A stretch of 64,000 nt of DNA from Amoebophrya sp. A120. Taxonomy: Eukaryota > Protista > Dinoflagellata. Of this stretch, positions 37,348 to 49,900 are shown piece after piece. A program made the translations under genes and the position numbers. Every line of letters starts with the position of its first letter. Position 1 is the first letter of the stretch. Where the stretch lies: contig CAJINV010000008.1 in assembly GCA_905178155.1 (NCBI GenBank), positions 806,001-870,000 of the forward strand, given 5' to 3'. Below the pieces are notes generated by a model, which was given only the letters and a program-made list of their open reading frames with translations, searched no databases and had not been told where the DNA came from.

Positions 37348-40280
37348 AAGATTGCAATCGAGTTCATGTAGCTAAAATTTCCCGTACTGGACTGATTTGT
37401 CTGTGAACCCTAAACCCTTGACTACTACCTCAGCACAGAGCGGACGCCAGGTTTCGGCGTAAGAAAACAACGCAAACTACTGTCTGGACAAGAAATACTT
37501 TATTCAAAAAAAGCTTTGGGCACAGTAGTGGTTCCTCTGCTACAGCTGATTATTCCGTGTGGCATGGTTGCCTCGCTGATGGCTTGCAATTCGAGAGGAA
37601 CTGACAAGAGGCAGAGTGAGCACAGAGATCGCAGCTCGCTGCAGACTTGCATTTGGGTTTTTTTCATCATTCTCAGCGAGAGGTTCACGTTCAGCTACTA
37701 ACAGCAGAGCGGATAAGGTCCTTGTCAGTAACCAATTCGTGGATGTTATTGAGTCAGCATGGGTGGTCCACCTGAGTAGAGGGGGATCGCTATCAAACAA
37801 ATTTGTTACAACATCGTACGTCTGTAAACGTAGTGTCTCGGTAGAACAAGGACTCGGCACTGCACGAGATCTTCTTGTCGGGTCTGCGGATGAAGGTGTG
37901 AAGTGGAGCGGTCGTGTAACAGTTGGCACGACCGTCCTGGACATTATGGTGCCTCCACTCCAGCGCGCTTCCTGCCACAGCCTCGGGTCTAGCACGGCGC
38001 TTCGACGAGGACTTCTAGGTTTTCTGTGGCTGGCCAGTACCTCGTTGCAGGAAAAATTCGGTCTCGTCACTCGTGTCGGAGCGGTCTCTTCGCGAACGAA
38101 ACGGCAAGAAAAGAGCAGTGGAGGAAGTTTAAGAAAAGATTCGAGGAAAGATCCAGCCGCGGTTGTGGACACACCGAGTGACCTGGAGGACCCGGTCCAG
38201 GAGAAACTTCATGCAGGTCTTTTGAAATAACAAGTTCAAATTCAATCCCTTGAAATTTCGGGATGCTGGTGTTGCTTCTAACTTTAAGAAATACAGAACT
38301 CGTATCCGACCACTTCCACTGGAGGTGGAGGAAAGCACGAATCGCATGAATGATTTAGACCACGGTCCACGCTCAGACTTCGCTTTTTCGATGGTTATAA
38401 ATATGATGCTTAAAAAAAATAAAACGATTCGCTTTTCAGTTCCACACACGGAAGCAAGTCCGCAACTTGTGACGGCCGAAGACATATGGGCGTGCAACAC
38501 ATACACAGTTCCCTACACGAAATCCTTTGCATGTGAACAAGCAGATTCACTTTTATCTGTAAAGTAACAGTAAGTGTGATGACACATAATTGCATACATC
38601 ATTCTGCCTATAACCAACACCAAGTTCTACTAGGGGTCCGTGGAGGTGTTTGGCATTTTGAGAAGACACGAAAAATGATCTGGCCATGGAGAATGCTCCG
38701 AAAGTGGAGGAATTTTTGCCGGTGACCCCGAAGACCGCCGCTGCAATGGCCGACGCCGATGAGAAGGAGCTGCACGTGTTCTTATCCAAAATCATCACTC
38801 GGATTCGTTTACGGGGACGCCTTTGTAAAAAACTTTCTTGCATGCTCGGATGTGTTCTTTTTGTGCATCAGCGACTCGACGACGGCAACGTGGTTAGTCA
38901 CAGCGATGTACTTCGTTGCGCGAATGAATGACACCCCGTAGCGATCGGCATCGGAATCACGGACAAGGGCCGAGTTTATGCACGAACGCAAGTAATGCGA
39001 TATGCATGCAATTGTTAACCTCCCTGGCTTTGTCCGGTCCGAGTGTTTTTGCGTGGCATATCGTCCGCCACTGGGCTATACCGCAACGACTACGATGAAT
39101 CAAACATTTTTTATCGTTTTCTTTGGCCTCTGCCTCACCTCCTTGCTCTTTTTCACCGCACAGGGGTTTCTCTCCGTGTTTTTGCGGGGCTACAAATAGA
39201 TCGCTTTTTTTTTGCATCACTGCTCGTCGCATTTTTTTTGCATGATTGATGTTGGAAGCGCGTTCTCGCGACGTAGTTTTTTCTTTTCCACTCTGGTTGA
39301 TTCAGCAAATCCAGGCAAAGATGCTATTCTATCCTTACGTGAGACCACGAAGAGGAACGATGAACAATAAGTCGCTATGGATTGCACTTACTCGTTGTAT
39401 GTTTTCTAACTCTCACACTTTGCAACGCATGCAACATTCAAGGCCCTGTGATAGACACTTTTTGCGACACTGCGCAATCTCACTCGGCTTTACCTGTTCA
39501 CTACAGAAAGCTGTTTGTACAACTTGGTACCATCCTCGCGTCAATCACAAGGCTAGCGACGTTCGGTCCTGTTAGAGGTATCTGCTCAGTAGAGCAAGGA
39601 AAATTCGGTCGTAGAGGAAAGACATCGGTCGAATGATAATCCACAAAACAAACAGAGCAACAAGAAGACCAGTGACAAATTCTGTCAATATTTATAGAAC
39701 GCTGTCGTTGTTTAAACTTTGCACAAGGATTATCGGTTCATCGTCTTTCGTTCCATTTTTGCGGTCCAGTACCGATTTCGTCCATACATTCGTGCCTCTT
39801 TGGAATTTCACATGGTCTTTGATGTCGTTCATCATGTCGCATTCATGCCGGAAGATAGAAGAGTTCGTTGCGTTTCGTGTTTGCTGTTTTTGTACTTAGA
39901 GACTTTATTCTTTCATTAGCATAACCATGACAGGACCAATACCTTGCTTCTGTTCCCTCAACCCCTTTTCCAGCGTTTTCCCCGTCTCATCGGAAAGTAA
40001 GTAAGTCAGTGTGCATAGGAAACCAGCCTGTGTCTTCACCGAGGAAATTAATTCTACCCACTTTTACCCCGTATACATTTTCAATTACGTTGACAACGGG
40101 AATTTCTTCGCTGTCTTGCCCAACAGTTCATTTCTTTTTTACCAATAAGTTGCCAGCATAAGATAGAATTCGTATGACCGCAAGATTTGGTGCTTAGGCG
40201 AAGCAGGGCGAAAACAGAATCCTTCCACTGCTTGCGTGCGCGAACAAGTACTCGCCATCCCGGCGTTGCGGTAGATCACC

Positions 40281-43200
40281 ATGGCTTCCCGTCGAAGCCG
40301 CACGGGTGCGGGGGGAGAGGCGGAGGCGTCCGCTCCCGCTCCCCGGCGCAGCCGCGGTGCGGCACCCAGTAGCAGTGCCGATAGCAATAACATCAAGGTC
40401 TGCATCCGGGTGCGACCTTTCATTGAGCGCGAGAAGGGAGAGAAGTGCATCGTGGAGATGCCGATGAAGGATGTGATGCGGGTCTTAGACGAGGACGGAA
40501 ACGCCCAGACCTTCAACTACGACAGGTGCTACTGGAGCCACAGCCGGGAGGACCCCCAGAACGGGTTCGCGGACCAAAACACCCTGATGAGCGAGCTCGG
40601 AATGGAACTCTTGAACAACTCGATTCGCGGGTACAACGACACGCTGTTCGCCTACGGGCAGACGGGCAGCGGGAAAACTTGGTCCGTGATCGGAGGGAAA
40701 GACATGAACCTGGACGCGGGACTGCTCCCGCGCATGGTGAACCAAGTGTTCCAAATGCTCGCCCAGCGAAAACAAGAGGAACCAGACTATCAAATGTGAA
40801 AATGTCTGGGTCTGGAAAAGTGTAGACCTGTCATGCAGATTTTCCATGACCCATGAGGCCTGGAATGCGGGACTTAGCATGACAGACTCTGCGAGGTCTC
40901 TGCCATGCCTATCCTGCATGAGAAACTCCCCTCCAACTTGGTCAAAAGTGTACAGCTTTTGGCACTCATGCAACACAGATTTTCGCATGCTTCAGATTTA
41001 CCATGACAAGTTGGAATCTTCCAGACCCAGACATTTTTGCAATTCATACAGACTGGACCTTCCAGATTCGCGTGTCGTACCTGGAGATTTACAACGACAA
41101 GCTGCGGGACCTGCTTAACCCGATCAAGCAGGGGCAGGACAAGTCCCTGGAAGTCCGGCAACACCCGAAATTCGGGATCTACGTGCCGGGGCTCACCGAG
41201 TCCGCATCCACAAGTTCCGAAGAGGTAAAGGCAGATAAGTTCAGAAAAAAATTCCGCACTAAAAAAGCAAGAAGAATGTGTATGTGATCATTATTAGGAG
41301 TATACTTAACACAGAGCAAAAACACATTAAAAATGAAATTTGACCCCCACCTCTCAGGTGATGAAATTGATGGATTTCGGGATGAAGGCCCGCTCCGTGG
41401 CGGCCACGAGTATGAATGACCGATCCTCCCGGTCGCACTGCATTTTTACGGTGTCCGTGACGCAGATCAAGGGCGACAACCCGGAGAAGCCGTTGTCGCT
41501 GTTGCGGTCCAAGATCAACTTGGTAGACCTGGCGGGTAGCGAGCGACAGAAGAAGACCAACGCCAGCGGGGACCGGCTGAAGGAGGGGGCGCAGATCAAC
41601 CAGTCGCTGACCAACCTGGCGCTGGTGATCCACGCACTGGCGAAGAGCTTCACAAACGAGGGCAAGAACGCCAACGATTTCGTCCCCTTCCGGAACAGCA
41701 AGCTGACGTACCTTTTGCAAGAATCCCTGGTGGGGAACAGCAAAACCGTGATGATCGCTGCGGTCAGCCCCGTATCCTGAGTAAAAACGTACCCACACCA
41801 GAGTCAAGTTGGAAAATCTGCTAGACAAATCGGCCAACTTTGCTTGTTTCGCATGACAAATTTGGACGCGTAGTGTAGTGCTGTTTGAGCTAGTTCAGCA
41901 GCATTACAGATCTAGTCGCTCATGCTGATTGGAGCATGACAAATTTCAAAACACCCTTAGAAAATGCTTCTCATGGGGCTCCGCATGACAAACATTTTAA
42001 GCATGCAGATTTGCATGTTTAGCATGACAACTATGGTGTGGGTACGTTTTTACTCAGGATACCCCGCTCGGTCAAATTACGACGAGACCATGTCGACGCT
42101 GCGGTTCGCGTATGAAATGTAAAAATGTCTGGGTCTGGAAGAATGCAAGTTTGTCATGCTTGTCTGGCATGACTCGGGAATCTGTGTTGCATTGGCACGA
42201 AAGAGCCCTCTTAACCGTCATGCGAAAAGGCAGTTTGCCATGCGGAATATGTAAGACATGGCAGCCACAAAATTTGTCATGCATAGCTGCGTATTGCGGC
42301 GCGTCTATCATTCACTTTTAGCATTACAAGTTTCCAGACCCAGACATTTTTGCATTTCATATCGCGAACTCCGTGAAGGAAATCCAAACGAAGGCGATCG
42401 TGAATCAGGTACTGGTTTACAAATTGATTTTTTTGAACGTAGCATTTATTTTTGCTGGTGCACCTTTTTTTTTCCCGCCTGGATATTTCTAATAAATAAA
42501 GTCACAGATAAATGAAAACAAAAAGGCAGGAGTACTGAGTTTGAATTGGCGCTGCGGTCATCTCTGCCATACTTTTTCTTTTGTGCCGTTGATATGTAAA
42601 TGGTCGCACGGTCTTCATCTTGATGAACATGAATACTGATGTAAGTCCTATACGAAACAACCATGACCCCCCTTTCCACAGGAAGCGGACGCGGACATTA
42701 TCGCGCAGTTGAAGGCGGAGATCAAGGCGTTGAAGGGCGAGGGCGGCGCGGCGGTGAGCGACGCGGGCACCCAGGAGCAGCTGGCCATGCTGAACGACCT
42801 GGTCGGCAAGTACGGCAGCAACTTCCGGCAGGAGGTGGAGGCCGCGCAGCAGATGGAGCAGATGCGGCAGCAGGCGCTGGTGGACATGGGGCTGTCCGGA
42901 AAGGGCATGGCCACCGCCATGAACATGAACCCCAACACGCCCTACCTGATGAACGTGGCCGACGACCCGAGCCTGACCGGTTGTTTGGTGTATTTTATCC
43001 CCATCAACGAGGAGGTGACCATCGGGTCCGACGCCAGTTGCACCATCAAGCTGAACGGGCTGGGCATCGCCCCGGTGATGTGCCAGCTGGTGAACTTCAA
43101 CCACACCCGCGTCCACGTGAAGCCGGTGGCGGATCCCGAGACGGGCAAGTACGGGCGGCTGCTGCGGAACGGGCGCGCCATCGGGAGCACGCCCACCACG

Positions 43201-45107
43201 CTGGAGGCGCGGGACCGCTTCATGATCGGGCGCAGCTTTATCTTTAAGTTGGTGGTGCCGCTGCAGAAGGAGATCAGCCAGAGCATGACGGAGGAGGACG
43301 CCATCGGGGACCACCTGGCCGTATCAAATGCAAAAATGTCTGGGTCTGGAAGAATGCGCGATTTGTCATGCTGCTTTTCCATGACCCATGAGGTCTGGAA
43401 TGCAGGACCTAGCATGTTGACAGGCTCTGCGAGACCTTTCTCATGCCTATCCTGCACGAGAAACTCCCTCCCGACTTGGTCAAAACTGGACGACTTTTGG
43501 TAATCATGCAACACAGACTTTTGCATGCTGCAGATTTAGCATGACAAGTTGCAATCTTCCAGACCCAGACGTTTTTACATTTCATAGGCCGAAATCATGG
43601 ACAACACGTCGGAGGAGTTCATGCAGGCGAAGGCCTTCGTGGAGGCGGTGGCCAGCCGGATCGGGGAGGAAGCGGCCAACAACTTCCTCGCCTCCTTCGC
43701 CCAGGCCATCCCCCTGGTGCAGGAGGGCAACGACATCAGTGCGGAGCTGCGGAAGCGGGACAACCTGCTGCTCCGCCTGGACGTGGTCACGGACGTGATG
43801 GGCTACGAGGGCTCGGTATCGCAAGGAAAAATCCCCCCTCCCCGTATTGAAGAGGTAGGTTTTCGAAAATTTGTGTTGCTGATTTGAGGTCACAAATCAC
43901 GTGTGTGTTGCAAGAAGACAAGGGCAGCAGCTTCCGTCCCATTATGGAGCCGGTTTGTCATGCTGTTGAGCCAACATCGCGGACGCTTTTCATGCTAAGC
44001 GCCTAAGTCAAAGCCTCTCTATTCAGGCTTGATATGGGTCCGCAGTCCTCTCCAGCAAGACAAATGCGATTTGTGTACTCAAATACTGCATCACAAATTT
44101 CGTTTTCGATATGGGGAGGGGGGATTTTTCTTTTTGATACTCGGAGCCGATGCTGTGCGTCCGCCTGTGGAAGAAGGAACCGGCGGCCGCGAAGATGAAG
44201 CGCGTCTTCAAGCGGGTGGTGCAAAACAAAAAGATGAACAAGCACGTGTTCAACATCGCCGCCTACCTCACCGGGATCGGCACCGACCCCAACGAGGACC
44301 TCTACACCGACGCCGTCATCGACGGCCACCGCTGCCAGCTGATTGCCCTCTGGTCCTGGCGCTCCTTCCTGGTCCGCCTGGCGGGCATGCGCGAGGCCTA
44401 CGACGACTTCAAAAGTTACGCGGATGAAGATAGTAGTACACCTGTTGGTTTATGAGCTTACTTGACGAGGACCATGCATAAATCCTAGTAGACAAGAGGC
44501 AAGATGAAACTGCCTTGATGGGCGGTGGTGTGCTTCGCATCAGTGCAGAATGAAACAAAACTTGCATTTCTTTGACTCAAGGCAGGTAGAAATTCTTCAA
44601 TTTGCACAAACTTGATGGGAGTTTGTTTACTTCGTTTTTGTATTTGCTCTCGCTCTTGCTGATGCTGAAGAGAATCATCGCTGTAAGGTTGTAAACCAAC
44701 ATTTTCATGGTGATAAGAGTGCACAAATGCTAAACCCTCGCTTGGCATCCTGGTCCCCAACGTCCGATAACCACGATCCTTGGGGCGAAGTTTCCTACCT
44801 CGACGTCCGGCAGAGCAGCACACTGAATAACCTCTACCAATATTCCGGCAGTGACAGCAGTTCCTCCTCGTCTTCGGGCAATTTGTTACCGCCCTCCACG
44901 CCCGCCTCGGCCCGAGAGGTGATCGACGGTTTGCGACAGCGCCTCGCTATCGCGGAAAAGGAGCTCCTACAGGCGAGACAGAGAAGTGAGCTGAATTTTC
45001 TTCCCGAAAAGAGAAAGAGCAAAAAGCCGCAAGAGGCCAAAATGCTTGCGCAGGAGCTACTGGAAGAATTGCGCGTCATGAAGGCAGAGCTGCACGCGTG
45101 GAAATAG
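40281..45107 (+). CDS. Kinesin-3 family motor with FHA domain; join(40281..40787,41054..41224,41358..41772,42067..42110,42367..42408,42682..43321,43592..43816,44145..~44416,~44775..45107)
   Basis: IKVCIRVRPF, AYGQTGSGKT, SYLEIYN, NDRSSRSH, LVDLAGSE, VPFRNSKLT, ETMSTLRFA, then PYLMNVADDP and an FHA-like region. Last junction uncertain. Confidence 0.92.
40788..41048 (-). mobile_element. Introner family A (261 bp), inverted relative to 23001
   Basis: DR CAGAC. Rejoin EPDWTFQIRVSYLEIY. Confidence 0.95.
41773..42061. mobile_element. Introner family C (289 bp)
   Basis: Perfect 28-bp TIR TATCCTGAGTAAAAACGTACCCACACCA, DR CCCCG. Rejoin AVSPARSNYDET. Confidence 0.95.
42111..42361. mobile_element. Introner with family A TIRs and a different interior (251 bp)
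   Basis: DR TCGCG. Rejoin LRFANSVKEI. Confidence 0.95.
43322..43586 (-). mobile_element. Introner family A (265 bp)
   Basis: DR GGCCG. Rejoin HLAEIMDN. Confidence 0.92.
43817..44139 (+). mobile_element. Introner family B (323 bp)
   Basis: DR CTCGG. Rejoin EGSEPMLCVR. Confidence 0.92.
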
Positions 45108-46971
45108 GCAACTGTTTATAGAGCGAGCGGAACTATTTTTTTTCTCGTTCAGATCGATGTAGCAAGGCAAGGCCGGCGGCTACAGAGGGAAATTAATAGG
45201 TTTGTTTGCTTTTTCCTTCGGTATATGCAGCCTGTTTTCATCTCAGAAATACAATGCTTACGCCCCGTCGTCAGCCTTGCCGGCTGTTCTTTCTCCGCAC
45301 GCCAAAGTATTTGTTGAAAGAGTTCCTTATTCCGCGACCATCCTTATTTCTCTTTTGGTAATTGCAAGTCTTCTCATTTTCATACGTAATTCAGTTTCCT
45401 AAGTAGTAACTTGGTGGATGAAGCTGATGACGATCGTCGTGACTTGTGATTATCTTTTTTCTCCCTCCTTTCATTTGAACGGACAAGAAAAAAATTATGA
45501 AGTAAAAAGGTGGTCACCCTCACCACGACCAGGCGGGCTAGATGGTGGATCTGAATCTTCTGGGCCGCTTCGCGTGCATAATGTTCTGCTGCGAGGGGAA
45601 TGCTGTCATGTGTTTTCCGTAGAGCCGGTCTCGCCATAGTCGTGCATAGTAGTTTCGTGAAGGCGAATTCTAGTTTTTTGTGTTCGACCGGAACACGAAA
45701 AGTCTTTCATTTTCACTGGAGCCTTTCCGGTCGAATTGTCCTGTGACATCAAGCTCTTGCTTCGTCTTGTCATCGTGAATTGTTGAGAGAAGGTGCGAAT
45801 CGAGAGTGTCTCGTGCAGATAGCAGCGTGTATTTGAATTTTCGGATCCACGTCTTTCTGGATGGCTTGTGCTCGGTTTCTGAGCGTCGAGAAATGATCAT
45901 GGGCGAACAGCAAGAGTTGTCGATCGAGACACTGTGATTACCGAGGGCGTTGCGCATAGAGTACACCGACTAGATTCAGCAGTTCAGACACTTTATGGAT
46001 GTGTACGCAATTTTTCCAACAGCCACGGTAGAGAAAAATGAAAAAATTATGAATCAGTACTTATCATCTTCACGCCTCATCTCTTTCCATTAATATTCAG
46101 CAGTTTGCTGCTATCACGAAGTCGGATGAATATGTTTCGCTAATTTTCTGCCACGTTTTTCTGATTCGTGCCTCCGGACGACGAACTTTTACACGGTCGG
46201 TGTCTGAAAAACTGGACTTCTGTAGTAGCAGCACTGCTATCTTCGCCACCGTTGGTTTCGCGAAAGCGATTAGGCGCTCGTCCCTGCTCCTCTGCATCAC
46301 CAGCTTTCGTCAGATCCTGTGCCGAAGCCACTGACCTGTAGAAAATTGGACCAGCCAGGAGTTCGACGCCCAGGGTTGACGCGGACGACGTGATGATCCG
46401 AAGCTGAAATACCTCCCGTTAGCGAAGTAATCCGATTCGGACGGAAAAAAGAGCATCGTTAAAGCGCATTGCGTGTAGTTGCGGTAGCTGAGTTTCCGCA
46501 TTTGGACTTTTCTCCGCGCGACGCGTTTGTCCGAGGCCTCTTCGTCGACATTCTGGGTCGTCACGCGCAATAAAGGTTAGTAGCAAAGTCTTCACTGCGC
46601 CAAACGCTACACCTACCAGAGACGCGAGCAACTACGTGGGACACCTTGCCTTTTCAGCTTTTCCTGCAGTTCGGCCTGACCGTTGCTGGATGCAGCTGCA
46701 GCTGAGCGTGTAGGGGTCGATTTCATCTCTACAGGAACCCCTTGGTGACGTGTTTCGACGAAAAACCCACTCGCGTACTTACTCCTGCTGGATCGCGGGT
46801 CCTTCGCGATTCAGTCAAATCCGCGTGGTTTGCGCAAGACAAACTGTTGGATCTTCAAGAGTCACTGCGCTGTCTGTGCAGTGTCAGTCGTTTTTTGCGA
46901 CGAGCTCTTGCGTGATAGGACGCAGCATCGTTCGCGGACCACTCTGTCGTCCCGGACACCAGTGATACATC

Positions 46972-49900
46972 ATGGGTGCAGAAAAGCCGAGTAGCACGAG
47001 CGGGCCCAGCAGCGGGGCCATGGGCGCCAAAGAACGAATGAGCAAGACTTTCACGGTATCTCCGGGGAGCGCGTGGACGAGCCTAGACCAGAGTTGGCAC
47101 GATCTTGTGTCGAAATCAGAAGTTGTACATTTTGATATGGCATGGCGGACAAAGATAATACTTATCTGATATTTTGAAAGCATGACTCGATAAGCATAGG
47201 TTGCCCAATGAGGATACCTAATGTATAGAAGACAACCTACCATGCCAGTGCTGGTGCCGGGACACCTTTCCACTGCATACATGGCGGGCTTTCCAGCGCA
47301 GTCCTTCAAAACCGATGGCTTCGTTCCGAACTACGACACGTTCGTACCCAGGGAAAAAAGTCGTGGGTGCGAGTCAGTATCGGCCTGTGTGGGAAAAGTG
47401 ATGTCATGAAGTAGATGTGCTGTCACATTCACTGTGGAGGTGGCCATGCACAAAATCTAACCGTATTGAAGACTACTTGTTCGTTTATGTGCGAGTTTGT
47501 CCTCCGGATCCGGTGCATGCAATTTTTGGGAATAAGTCAACATTATTCGTCCATAAGTCGTGCTAATAACTAGCACCTACGCACTTTTGAATTTTGATAG
47601 CAGGGACATCAGCACCACAAGAATCCGTTTCGAGACAAGACGAAATTTGAGGAGGAGAAGGAAAACAACTACTGGAAAACGGCTTGTCCCTGGGGTATAA
47701 TCAAGACGATAAATTATATCCTGTGACATGTAACCCTGTGACAGGATTGGTCTTGACTTGAATGAGAATATCGTGGAGTGTGCTGTGCATGATGGGCAAG
47801 CTCGGGTTTCTACCTTAGTGAGCATGCGCCTGCCAGATCATGCCTTCACTTAGTGTGCCGAGGGCTGCTTTTGAGTAGACTGCAATTTTTAGACACGTAT
47901 TCAGATGAAATCTCGTTTCACATCACAACAGGTACCAATGCGAAGCATCAGGTTAATCCCACACGAACAATATGGCGAAAAAGAAACCTGAACCTCGGAC
48001 AATACCATCATGATCACACAGGAATGTTGCATTTTGTATGGTGAAAACCATTGACGTTGTAAGTGCAATCACAGCTCCTGCTCAGGGTCAGGAAATGAAA
48101 TCGTTTGACTTTCCTAAAGCTCAGATGCTGATGCTTACAGATTCCCATTCCACCACACATCCTAAAGTTGATGAGATTCCCATGGTAAAACTAAAAGTTT
48201 TGTCATCAGGTCCCTTTTCTCGCAGGATAACGGATGTTAATGGAAAGCCGAAAGCAGCAGGCCGTTCCCCACATTTCGTATGACATCGACGGAGATGGCG
48301 TCGTGGGCGCGCGTGACTACTTCATCGGGAAAAGCTACGAGAATGTACGCAGGTGTGAGATCGTTCCAGAAAAAATGCAGACGTCTGCGAGAAGACAGGC
48401 AGGTTTTGGCTATGTCGCGCGAGACCGCAGAGTTCTTTGTCGTGTCTGTCATGCACTATAACGAGGACGTTGTTTACAATTACATTTACTAGCCATATAG
48501 TTACATCTTCTGTCATGTTGATGCTATCCTTTTCGCATTCGCTTAAGAGTTGTTTCATGCGCAAGACAGCTGTGGTGCGTGAGTGACAACGGACGGCTTT
48601 CAGCAGGCAAGGTCTACAGAGTTCTTTCTTCATTGCCGGTTTCTCACCTGAAACCGTCATAAAAGTTTCGACCACGACCGCGATGACCGATTGAACGAGC
48701 AGGAGCGCAAGGAAGCCATCAAGGCACTGAAGAACGGGTGGCTCGACCAGTACGGGATAGATCCGCACTTGAGAGGCAGTAGCATGAAGGTATTTGGCGA
48801 TTTGCATGCGAACGTATCGATAAAGACAAAAGGGGTTTTAATGTCTCCGCGTATTGTAACTGTTGTAAATAAACGCTGCCCGGAATCCGAATCAGTATGA
48901 GGATGCGCCGCTTGTGGGTACAAGACGTGGGAGAGACGCATACCCAAGAAGAAAGGGCGTCTTCTAGATCGAGAGCTCAAACATTGTGCCTCTCATGCCT
49001 CTCATTTCATATCCCGTTTTCTTTTGGTCACGACCAAGCCGGAAGCAAGCGACCGTATCCGGTACTGATTTTTACCAGACTGATTGATTGTTTTTTGGAA
49101 GGGCATCAGCGGGTTGTTCGAGTACTAGAAAATCAGAAAGAGATGAAACATTATTTTTGCATGATTTTAATAGAAGCAGTGTGCGGCGTTTTTTGCTGCG
49201 ATAAGACAGATGTGATGGAAACGTCTTCCTCTTCCACTCAACAGATTGTGCAGCGGCGGGGTAAAATCATGAACATTGACAACGGTGTATCAAAAGGAAA
49301 AATCCCCCCTCCCCATATCGAAATGGAAATCTGTGATGCAGGATTTGGGTACACATATCGGATCTGTCTTGCGGTAAGGCATCGCAGCCAGCTCCTCGGC
49401 CTAGGTAGGGGCGTATAGGTCTAGTTGCTTAGCATTGCAAACGGGTGCCCCCTAGGCGCAACAGCATGCCAAATCGCTTCCATAATGGTGCGGAAGCCTC
49501 TGCGCCTGTCTTCTTGCAAGACAGACGTGATTTGTGACCTCAAATCAGCAACACAAATTTTCGGAGACATACCTTTTCGATATGGGGAGGGGGGATTTTT
49601 CCTCTCAATACGGTGCGGTGATGCAGGAAACCTACCCTCCGCACTGGTATCAAATGTAAAAATGTCTGGGTCTGGAAAGGTGGAACTTGTGATGCTGCAT
49701 TTGGATGTCAAAAAAATCTGTTTTGCATGAGCTGCAGAAGGAGTCTAATTTTTGTTACGCAGAGAGGGCATCTGTCATGCGGAATAGGCATCAAGAATCC
49801 CTCAAAAAGCCTGTGATGCTAGAGCATGCATCACAGACATCATGGCTCATGCAAAACGTGCATGACAGGTCTCAAAATCTTCCAGACCCAGACATATTTG

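Noticed and set aside
38783-38858. Tiny TAT...ATG segment with TGTTCT repeat as an introner
   Set aside because: Much shorter than the others, the frame is already open, and the host gene is unidentified. It may be chance.
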